A stretch of DNA of 64,000 nt, from the IMG/VR virus record IMGVR_UViG_3300005613_000048, positions 6,858-70,857 of that record; one strand, written 5' to 3'. Origin of the DNA: a virus. The notes below the pieces were generated by a model. That model was not told the origin of the DNA and searched no databases. It worked only from the letters and a program-made list of their open reading frames with translations. Both the position numbers and the translations under genes were made by a program. Of this stretch, positions 56,454-64,000 are shown piece by piece (position 1 is the first letter of the stretch; every line of letters starts with the position of its first letter).

Positions 56454-57116
56454 CTACATGCGCTCAGCAATCTTTCGCCAATTCTCATACTGATCAACGG
56501 TTGTGTTGAACTTGCTGCTATCGGCATAAGCGTTCACATCCCCATTGGCCTCCATGACGATATTGGGATGGTCAAAGACTTCGTAATGCCAACCTTCGCC
56601 GATGATCATCCCCGGCGCATAGCAAGGGAAAAGCACTTGCAATCGTGCTGGCGGAAAGTCTTTACTGGCCCCATGCGTCTTGCGGAGTACACCAACCGCC
56701 GCGATGACCCATCGCTTGTACCCTTCGTCGTCGTATCCTGTCATGTACTGGCGAAGCCACTTAGGAGCCCCATGGCGAATGCTGTATCGCTCACCACGCC
56801 ACATGTAATCCACTTCGTGCTGGTAACTGCACTTGAAAGACACTTCAGTAAAGGCCCCCATGTACTTTGCCCAGGCGTCCATCCAGCTACAGTCAAGAGA
56901 CTCCAGTTCGCAGAACCGAGTGAAGCCATCCCGAACACGATCAATGATCCAGTAGTCTCCAGACTGGATTGGCGTAAGATTCAGCCAACGACTGCTTGAA
57001 TAGGAAAGTCGCTGCTTCAATCGCTTGAGATACTCATCGCGAATGAGCTTGCTCATGGTCCCAGCGGAGAGTTGTCTTGCCTGATACGCAGCGGTAGATT
57101 CAGCCGTAATTGCCAT
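56454..57116 (-). CDS. Hypothetical protein
   Basis: GGAGCTTAG RBS. Confidence 0.65.
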   Translation of the reverse strand: MAITAESTAAYQARQLSAGTMSKLIRDEYLKRLKQRLSYSSSRWLNLTPIQSGDYWIIDRVRDGFTRFCELESLDCSWMDAWAKYMGAFTEVSFKCSYQHEVDYMWRGERYSIRHGAPKWLRQYMTGYDDEGYKRWVIAAVGVLRKTHGASKDFPPARLQVLFPCYAPGMIIGEGWHYEVFDHPNIVMEANGDVNAYADSSKFNTTVDQYENWRKIAERM

Positions 57117-57236
57117 ACTAAGCTCCAAGGTGAAAGGCCCCACTGAGAATCAGCAAGGCCATGGTAAGAATCGAGCCAGCAAACATTGCCGGCCCCCAAA
57201 ACAAAATCTAAGCCCGGTTGCGCCGCCGGCACTGCG

Positions 57237-57545
57237 TCAAGTTGCTACGCCACAGTGACGCAATTCAGACAAGACAACCGCATGACCATACCCTTGCAGT
57301 TCACGCTTCTCCCAGATTGGGACAATGTCAGCGTATGGCCTACACGTTTCGCCATCGTAAAAGAGATAGCTATCGCGATGGAATCTCACGATGTAGCCAC
57401 GCTGTAGGCCACCGTGAAAGTCAAACTCAACGTGATCGCCAACGCTAAAGCCTTGCTCTGTATCAAGGGCATCGCTTGGCTCATTGCGCACTCTACGCAG
57501 GATCTTAGTGGTGTTGCGCAGCCACTGTTCTTTGTTTTTGGCCAT
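57237..57545 (-). CDS. Small SH3-like hypothetical protein
   Basis: FSVGDHVEF...GYIVRF. Confidence 0.55.
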   Translation of the reverse strand: MAKNKEQWLRNTTKILRRVRNEPSDALDTEQGFSVGDHVEFDFHGGLQRGYIVRFHRDSYLFYDGETCRPYADIVPIWEKRELQGYGHAVVLSELRHCGVAT

Positions 57546-57918
57546 CTCTGGCGGCACTCCTGTGTTAAAAGGCCCAGGCCCCTGGTTCGCACACCGGCTG
57601 TGTTGCGCGGTGGCTGGGACTGGTCACCGGCGCGGTGTTGCGCCGGCGTCGAGTCGGTGGCCCGGTGGTGTTGCCGGTGCGACAATTTGCCGGCGCTGAA
57701 TTATCTCTGTCGTGTTGCGCCGGAGGTCGACACTTGGCAACCAGCCAGGCCAGGCCAGAGCGATCGCGGCCAGTGGCACTGCGTGGCACTGCGTGGCGCT
57801 GGAAGCGACGGCAACCGGCGCGCCGGCCTGAGTCCGTTGGCGAGGTCATGAAACGAAAATAGCCCGCAACCGGATGACCGGCGCGGGCTATCGTTGTTCA
57901 AGTTGTTGGCGTCGCTCG

Positions 57919-58215
57919 CTAGTTCACTTCAAGAGCGGCCTGGATTGCCTGAGACGTTAGCGGATCAGCTTCGTCATGCTGAGCCCAGGCCAAAGCGTCC
58001 TGAAGCGCTTGGCGAGGGAACCAATCAGCAACCAATGCCGCGAACACTGGAAGCGGTTCGCGTTCGTTGTCAATCATCGCATCGGCGATGGTCTCGTATG
58101 CGTCCACCATCTCGGAACACCTACGACAGCGACGGTTTGGGATTAGCGGCGCGCCGGCGTGGTTCGCTCTGTGGTGTGGGCATGTTTCAATTCGTTGAAT
58201 GATTGCGTTGATCAC
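57919..58215 (-). CDS. Hypothetical protein (CPHH..CRRC)
   Basis: GGAGCTTAG RBS with GTG start. Confidence 0.6.
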   Translation of the reverse strand: MINAIIQRIETCPHHRANHAGAPLIPNRRCRRCSEMVDAYETIADAMIDNEREPLPVFAALVADWFPRQALQDALAWAQHDEADPLTSQAIQAALEVN

Positions 58216-58297
58216 TGTCTAAGCTCCTGGTTGAAGTCGTGAAACGAAAATAGCCGGCGCGGTGGTTAATCGCGCCGGCGTCGGTCGTGGAACTGGA

Positions 58298-58651
58298 TTA
58301 GCCCAGTTGTTCCATCATGTTATCTAGGCTCGTGTCATCGGCCTGAGTCTTTCCGCCGGCCTTGGCTGCGTTCTTGGCCCGTTTGGCTGCAAGCAAGGTC
58401 TGAACCTTGGTTTGGTCTTTCAAGTCGAGAACACTTTGCTCAAGGGCGCGGCGGGCCTTGTCGGGGTGTTTCAGAATCAACGCGACTGCCTTGGCTGGAA
58501 CGGATCCCCATCCGCAACCCGTCGCATTGACTCTTATAGCTGGTTCAACCTTGTCGCCCTTGCTGTTGGCGTAGTTCGCAGCGGTGAAAAGCTCCTCAAC
58601 GTCTCCGGCCAGTTGATCGACCACGTTTGATGTTTGTGCTGTCGTCGCCAT
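58298..58651 (-). CDS. Hypothetical protein
   Basis: GGAGCTTAG RBS; shares a 26-nt leader and MATTA start with the sigma gene. Confidence 0.65.
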   Translation of the reverse strand: MATTAQTSNVVDQLAGDVEELFTAANYANSKGDKVEPAIRVNATGCGWGSVPAKAVALILKHPDKARRALEQSVLDLKDQTKVQTLLAAKRAKNAAKAGGKTQADDTSLDNMMEQLG

Positions 58652-58747
58652 TGTCTAAGCTCCTGGGTAAAGTGAAGTGAAGTGAAGTGAAGCCGGAGCG
58701 AGTCCGGCCTCATTGCAATATCTAAGCGGTGTTGCGCCGGTCGACGA

Positions 58748-59554
58748 TTAGCGATCGCGGACTGCAACCCGGTTACCAAATAGCACCTCGGATCGCATCG
58801 GGATACCGATCGGTGCAAGCAAGCAAGGGCGATCGGTTCTAACCGTTTCCAATGCCTCACAGATTAGCCGGCACAATTCTTGCGCCGGCGTCTCAAACTG
58901 TCCTTGAATGCTCTTGAGTCGTCTCGCTACGTTGGCCCGGTGAATGCCCAGCTTCTCGCCGGCCTGGGAAGTGTTCTCAGAATAGGCAACCGCGAGCCCA
59001 GTTCGTTTATCGGTATCGCTCTTGAACTGCCTCACAATCTCGGCGACGGCCTGAAACTCCTTAGCTTCTCGCTCCTTTCTTTCCTCCGGAGTCTCACCGC
59101 CATCCTCGACAGAATCAGAGTCGGTCTCACATTCCCGATGCCCCTGATCTTTCCCCTTGCCGGTCATGCCCCCGGCGGATCGCTCAGATAGGAACTGCAA
59201 CAAAGCAAGCCGAACACAATGCCAGAGCAAGCGGCGCTTGTCGCCCAGTGTCTTTGGGATCCATGGCCGGCCATCCTCATCGGCCTCATGCTGGGTAACC
59301 ACTTCAAGGAAGCGGTGTACCGCATCGCCGGCGATGGTTTCGCGCTCGGCTGCACAGATGACACCGGGAATCTTGCCGGCCATCCACTGGCCCCTAGCCC
59401 AACGTTCGCAAGCCGAATAACTGAACCTGGCCGCCATGTCTAGCAAGTCCGTTGCGTAACTGCTCCGGTCCATCGCTCGGCTCAAGCGATCATCAAGCCG
59501 TCTCGCCGCTACTTCTGCCCCTGTCGCTCTTTGTCTCTTCGCTGTCGTCGCCAT
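58748..59554 (-). CDS. ECF-like RNA polymerase sigma factor / HTH regulator
   Basis: Region-2-like AERETIAGDAVHRFLE..LLWHCVRLALLQFL and region-4 HTH TSQAGEKLGIHRANVARRLKSI. Confidence 0.65.
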   Translation of the reverse strand: MATTAKRQRATGAEVAARRLDDRLSRAMDRSSYATDLLDMAARFSYSACERWARGQWMAGKIPGVICAAERETIAGDAVHRFLEVVTQHEADEDGRPWIPKTLGDKRRLLWHCVRLALLQFLSERSAGGMTGKGKDQGHRECETDSDSVEDGGETPEERKEREAKEFQAVAEIVRQFKSDTDKRTGLAVAYSENTSQAGEKLGIHRANVARRLKSIQGQFETPAQELCRLICEALETVRTDRPCLLAPIGIPMRSEVLFGNRVAVRDR

Positions 59555-60400
59555 TGTCTAAGCTCCCAATTCGCCCCTGGTTGGTAACTCCTGAGGCTAG
59601 GTCTGATTCGCTCAGTCACCACGGACTGAGTCCGACGCAAAGATAGTCAACTGGCTACCTCGCATCAATGCAGAATCTAAGTCGTGTTGCGCTCAACGTG
59701 CGGCCTGGCCAGAAGTCAGCGGCCTGGCCAGCTATCTTCTCGCATTGCCGAGCGATCACAGATGGAAACGGAACGGGGAAGCGGTCAATGCGTTTGTTTA
59801 TGGTTCACTTTCCGCCGTTGCCTGGGGTAACGATCGTCAAGCGGTTGTCGTAAGTCCTTGCCAGTCAACACGTTATGCAAAGCCAGGAGCGACGGGGGCC
59901 GATCCCCAATGCGGCCGTCCTTTCCATTAACGTTCCCCGAAAACGGTTTTTTGCGATAATCGGGTGTCAAGCTGGGCTGGCTTGGGTTGGAGACGGTCTG
60001 TCGTTTGACCGTTGATTCTGGGCTCGCTTTTGGGCCTTGTACGCTGTTTCGCGTCGTGGATGGCAGGAGACACGGGGCTGAGATTAGCGTGCGTTAGAAG
60101 GGCCGTTTTGGGGCTGGTACAGTGCTGAGGATCCCGAAGAGATTGGAACTGATACCTGGAGGCGCAGAGACCCCAATGGATAACTGAGAGTTATCGTGGG
60201 GATTTTGTGATATTGTGCGAACCGAGGTGCTCTTTGTGGTCGTCATTTCCCGAGTTAGGAGTTGCTGATTGGCGATCCTTGTTCTCGGTCGCAGTTGGCC
60301 ATGTGGAGGTGGCCTGGGCTGTTTACCCTGATGAGGAGCGAACCCTCATCACCTGCGTACACACCTGAGTCTGCACTCACCTGACCGCTGCGACTGAGCT

Positions 60401-60844
60401 TTAGGCATCGCGGTCTGGTCTGATGCCATGGTTGCGCTTTGGCTTCTTGTGCTGGTCCCAAAGTCCCAGCTCTTGAAGCCGACGCTTAGTGAGTTTCTTG
60501 GCTGCTTCGTAGGTTCTTTTGGAACCGTCTGCCTTGAACTCAATTCCATGATGGCAATCGTGGCAGAGTGATACAAGCTGGTCTAGCCGGTTTCCGGCCA
60601 GTGTGCTTTTTCTGTAGCTGAGGTGATGGACTTCTTGGGCTATGCTGCTACACAGTTCGCAAGTTGGTTGCTGGCATAGCTTTGCGGATCGAATCGACTT
60701 CCAGAGGTCACTGCGCAGGTAGTCTTTGTAGCTTGCGTATCCAAGGCGAAATAAAATTTTCTCGCGGTGGTCTTGGTAGGTGGTTCGGCTTCCGCGTTTT
60801 AGGTGCCTGTATCGAAGGCCGCAATGGAATCTGGATCTGGACAT
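60401..60844 (-). CDS. HNH endonuclease
   Basis: YKDYLRSDLWK, CELC, EVHHLSY, LCHDCH. Confidence 0.85.
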   Translation of the reverse strand: MSRSRFHCGLRYRHLKRGSRTTYQDHREKILFRLGYASYKDYLRSDLWKSIRSAKLCQQPTCELCSSIAQEVHHLSYRKSTLAGNRLDQLVSLCHDCHHGIEFKADGSKRTYEAAKKLTKRRLQELGLWDQHKKPKRNHGIRPDRDA

Positions 60845-60982
60845 GAATACTCTATATGTGGGCGGTTTTTAGAGTTGCTTGACTCGGGGCGGTGGATTGG
60901 TAGACTGACGTCTCCTGTGGAGCTGCTTTCTTCTGGGCCGGCAGCACTTGAGCCGTGGAGCGGTTGGGCTTCGCGGCTCTTT

Positions 60983-61339
60983 TTATTTCTCAATCATGCC
61001 CATGGCCAGTTCTTCCAAGACTCCAGGTTTCAGGTCGACGGCTGGAATTGCTGTCACTTGGTAGTGGTCCAGGGTTTCGTAGGCAGCAGGGACAAACGTG
61101 GGTTCGTGCCGGAATGTGACTTCCACTATTGAATGGTTCAGCATTGGCCTTTTGATGAATGCCACACGCAACTCGTAGCCTCGCGACGATGCTATGGTTT
61201 CCAGGCTGTTTTTGTCGAATAAGGTCTTTCGCAGCAGTCGCACCTTGGCCGCAAACGACAGGCAGCAGTCTTCTGGAATATCCGACCAGTTGCGTTCGTG
61301 GATGTGCCTTCGGGTTTGCATGATGTCGATCTTGATCAT
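60983..61339 (-). CDS. Hypothetical protein
   Basis: Translationally coupled minus-strand operon. Confidence 0.55.
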   Translation of the reverse strand: MIKIDIMQTRRHIHERNWSDIPEDCCLSFAAKVRLLRKTLFDKNSLETIASSRGYELRVAFIKRPMLNHSIVEVTFRHEPTFVPAAYETLDHYQVTAIPAVDLKPGVLEELAMGMIEK

Positions 61340-61686
61340 TGCGATGCGGTCTCAAGCCTATTCAGGAACTTCGGCAGTGAGTTGGCAATGGCATCTTCCA
61401 TGGATGGCCCAAAGCAAATGTTTCGCATGGAGCTGATTTCATTGGATGGCACCTGTGCAGACTCGTGCTTGCAGATCAGCGACATTTCGACTGTCCACTG
61501 TACGCCTCCGCCCGGTAGGCGATGGTCGAAGCATTGGGTGGCTAAGATGTAGGCGTAGCCGGGAATATCTTTCAGAAGCGGAATCGCCTTGGTGAGAATG
61601 GCTCGCCGCGATCGCCTGCTTAGCTGCGTGAAGCGATCCGGCACTGGTGTGCCACGGTACAGAACCGAAAATCTGACTTCTGTCAT
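61336..61686 (-). CDS. Hypothetical protein
   Basis: Coupled ORF. Confidence 0.55.
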   Translation of the reverse strand: MTEVRFSVLYRGTPVPDRFTQLSRRSRRAILTKAIPLLKDIPGYAYILATQCFDHRLPGGGVQWTVEMSLICKHESAQVPSNEISSMRNICFGPSMEDAIANSLPKFLNRLETASQ

Positions 61687-61687
61687 G

Positions 61688-62086
61688 CTAGTATCCGTTG
61701 GTTTTGGTTGCGTGTTTTGTCTGCCCAAGCTCCAGCAGCTTTTCGACCGCCGAGCCGTCGTCGATCAATGATCGTGACACGGATCTGTCGCAATAGAATC
61801 CGGCCTGTAGCGAATGGGTTTCTTCGCGAAGGATATGTTTCAAGTGGGACCAGTAGTCGGCTTGAATCGAGCCGTAGCGAATGTGCATCACGACCCAGGA
61901 TCGTGTCTCAAAAAGGTCAAACGTTTGCAGGTCGATGCGAATCATTTCGCTCTTTACCGGCGGTGCCTTCTGCAGCGCGAGCTGGAAGAGTCGGGCTTTC
62001 TGGCCTAGCGAGATTCGCCAGAGGTCTGTGCCCACGAAGTGAAGGTTATGAACGTAGATCACTGTTATTCCTCTACAGCTTCGCAA
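61688..62086 (-). CDS. Hypothetical protein (start uncertain)
   Basis: Fills the operon gap. Confidence 0.45.
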   Translation of the reverse strand: MRSCRGITVIYVHNLHFVGTDLWRISLGQKARLFQLALQKAPPVKSEMIRIDLQTFDLFETRSWVVMHIRYGSIQADYWSHLKHILREETHSLQAGFYCDRSVSRSLIDDGSAVEKLLELGQTKHATKTNGY

Positions 62087-62504
62087 TTAAGTATTTGATT
62101 GTTTTGCCGTTTTGTAAGGCGTCCGGCGGTTTGGTGTCTACGAGAAGATCATGACTCGTGAACTCCTTTTCCCACGGGAATGAGTTCGCCAGGAGCTTGA
62201 TCGACAGTTCGAGGTGGCAGAACTTTTCGTAGAAGTGAACGCTATCCCTTAATTTGACTCGCACTCGGTTGAATCGCTTGTTGCCGACCAACAATCGAGT
62301 TGCAGTCATGACAAGGGCAATTCTGTCTGAAAGGGGAATACTGGTCACTGGGAAGCGAGCAAGCCAGGGGCCTTCTGTCTCGAAGTTGACTGTGCTTCCA
62401 TTCGACGCAGGCAAGTACAAGCGAGGAATGGCTCCACTTTCAAAATACTCTCTATCCCATGGACCCCATTCGTTGACCCACTCAATCTTGTTGCGATGGC
62501 TCAT
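62073..62504 (-). CDS. Hypothetical protein
   Basis: ATGA coupling, GGAG RBS. Confidence 0.55.
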   Translation of the reverse strand: MSHRNKIEWVNEWGPWDREYFESGAIPRLYLPASNGSTVNFETEGPWLARFPVTSIPLSDRIALVMTATRLLVGNKRFNRVRVKLRDSVHFYEKFCHLELSIKLLANSFPWEKEFTSHDLLVDTKPPDALQNGKTIKYLIAKL

Positions 62505-62818
62505 TGCGTAACTCCACTTAACCATCCGTTGTTCTGTTTCCATGGCAAGCGTGACTTTGACTTGACGATCAGCTTGCCGACACACTCTTCGATATCATTG
62601 AACCATGGCGCAGAGACCGCAAACGCAGCGTTCTCGCCAAAGTAGTTGATCGCAACCTTGCACTGACCGCGATCGCTGTACGTGACGAAAATACTGGCAG
62701 CGTCGTATTCACCATGCGTCACGATCACTCGGGTGCATTCGACAAGCAATGCTCTTTGGATGATCATTGGCATGGAAGAGAACCAGCCGGCGACATCGCT
62801 GATAAAAATTCTGCTCAT
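62501..62818 (-). CDS. Hypothetical protein
   Basis: ATGA coupling. Confidence 0.55.
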   Translation of the reverse strand: MSRIFISDVAGWFSSMPMIIQRALLVECTRVIVTHGEYDAASIFVTYSDRGQCKVAINYFGENAAFAVSAPWFNDIEECVGKLIVKSKSRLPWKQNNGWLSGVTQ

Positions 62819-63177
62819 TGCTTTGGATCCTGACACGGCATAGTAATGGGCAATAATGGGTGATCCCAGAGCTTCGTGTCACTGCGACCGTCAGCACCAA
62901 ACGGGTCTTTGCTATCGGAGACTATTATGCGGTAACTTAACTCGACAGCACTAAGCTCAGAAACGTGATAGCTCCTGTAGTAGTGGTAGCGAATGTCCGA
63001 TCCGAAGTAGAATGACACAATCGCTAGGTTGCTTTCATACGACAGGGGTGGGTGCATTATTCCGCAAGAATAAGAACCCCAAAGCTCTGAGAACAATGTT
63101 AGGTTCTCCAAGAATCGAGCGACTTGCTGAAAGCCAGCTCGCTCGACCACCTTCTTGTGCAAGTAAATCGCTTTCAT
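62815..63177 (-). CDS. Hypothetical protein
   Basis: TAATG coupling. Confidence 0.55.
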   Translation of the reverse strand: MKAIYLHKKVVERAGFQQVARFLENLTLFSELWGSYSCGIMHPPLSYESNLAIVSFYFGSDIRYHYYRSYHVSELSAVELSYRIIVSDSKDPFGADGRSDTKLWDHPLLPITMPCQDPKQ

Positions 63178-63467
63178 TAGTACGGCACTATCGACCTGTC
63201 GTTGACGAACATGCCGCTGATGATCTGATCGGCAATGACCTTGGGTTCACTGGAATGAAACATCATGTGGCGGCGTTCCCTGTTCGCTATTGGATTGGCG
63301 AACACAACCTCATCGAGCGTTAGTGCCCCTTCGGCGGTGGCAAAGTAAAGAAAGCGAAACTCTGTCATGTTGTGATCAACCATTTCGTCAATACAGGCTC
63401 GCAGCAGGCACAAGAGTTCCGCTAACGTGGCTTTTTTGATCGGATCGTGAATTACAGCTCGGAACAT
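63177..63467 (-). CDS. Hypothetical protein
   Basis: TGATG coupling, GAGGAGG RBS. Confidence 0.55.
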   Translation of the reverse strand: MFRAVIHDPIKKATLAELLCLLRACIDEMVDHNMTEFRFLYFATAEGALTLDEVVFANPIANRERRHMMFHSSEPKVIADQIISGMFVNDRSIVPY

Positions 63468-63847
63468 CAGAACGGCACCTCCTCGACCGTGCCGACGTAC
63501 TCGCAAATTTCTATTGGAGTAGCCCTCTTCGCGATATGACGGGGAATCTCGACTGTTCGTTTCCTGAGTGAGTTCCATCCATCAAACAGCAAGGCTCGCT
63601 CAGCCAAAGCCAATTCAACTAGGTACTCTTCGTGTATCTTGTGCATGTTGAGGTATGGCTTGCACTTAATGCCTATGAACACCGGGAACATCGCGCCGAC
63701 CGCTACCGTCCCGTCGCTAATGTAGACGGCCAGGCATTTTTCCTTGATAGCCAACCTCGCTGACTCAAGCAGGATTGGCTGATGGAAGATGGAGTAGCTG
63801 TGTGCCATTTTTATCTTGATCATTGTTCGTGCTTTATTTTGCGACAT
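63467..63847 (-). CDS. Hypothetical protein
   Basis: Coupled ORF. Confidence 0.55.
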   Translation of the reverse strand: MSQNKARTMIKIKMAHSYSIFHQPILLESARLAIKEKCLAVYISDGTVAVGAMFPVFIGIKCKPYLNMHKIHEEYLVELALAERALLFDGWNSLRKRTVEIPRHIAKRATPIEICEYVGTVEEVPF

Positions 63848-64000
63848 AAACCTTGATGTAGTTCATGACCAGATCGACGTTGTGTTTGTACGCATGATGT
63901 CCGTGGTAGACTGCACCGGGTGTCCATACCCGAATGCAGTTTTTCTCGTAACGGATCTTAGTGACGCAGTTGAACATCTGGTGCTTCACGAGAGCGTCAA

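Larger units (their letters stand above)
50388..59692 (-). promoter_or_regulatory. Eight copies of the motif GCGCAAC-N8-GATWTTG at 50388, 53228, 54611, 55365, 57202, 57698, 58715 and 59670
   Basis: Same strand, fixed 8-nt spacer, each upstream of minus-strand genes. Confidence 0.8.
1..64000. mobile_element. Temperate tailed bacteriophage genome segment, probably non-integrated (attP intact), probable Planctomycetota host
   Basis: Terminase, portal, tail, integrase with tRNA-fragment att, repressor and replication genes; no host housekeeping operons; phage genes on both sides of the att core. Confidence 0.93.

Noticed and set aside
60325-60350. Hammerhead ribozyme (CTGATGAG)
   Set aside because: No GAAA core follows stem II; it is a simple hairpin.
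1-64000. Genome-wide stop-codon reassignment
   Set aside because: Long genes are intact under code 11 and several end at TAG; only one internal TAG was found.

Overview
The whole window reads as part of a temperate tailed phage, probably infecting a Planctomycetota host (inferred from the attC style, the CsrA homologue and the papain-like peptidase in the lysis region). The + strand carries terminase, portal, a membrane/peptidase cluster, an AT-rich LamG module, head-tail and tail genes, a Ser-rich/Stealth/GT-radical SAM trio and two large ejection-type proteins (1-32.8 kb). A tyrosine integrase follows, next to an attP made of the 3' half of tRNA-Leu(GAG), then an XRE repressor and recombination/replication genes (Cas4-like nuclease, CsrA, initiator, DnaB, RuvC-like, Dam-like MTase, Tad1-like sponge) and tRNA/tRNA-like RNAs. 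From 48 kb onward a minus-strand block holds an ECF-like sigma factor and a repeated promoter/operator motif. The strongest unexplained signals are: (1) a single 37-bp CRISPR repeat replacing the middle of a phage gene; (2) an integron attC cassette array with genes inverted relative to attC and no IntI; (3) eight fixed-spacing GCGCAAC-N8-GATATTG motifs with a shared RBS around the phage sigma gene; (4) two Tad1-like paralogues. All family calls come from motif recognition by eye; no database searches were run.
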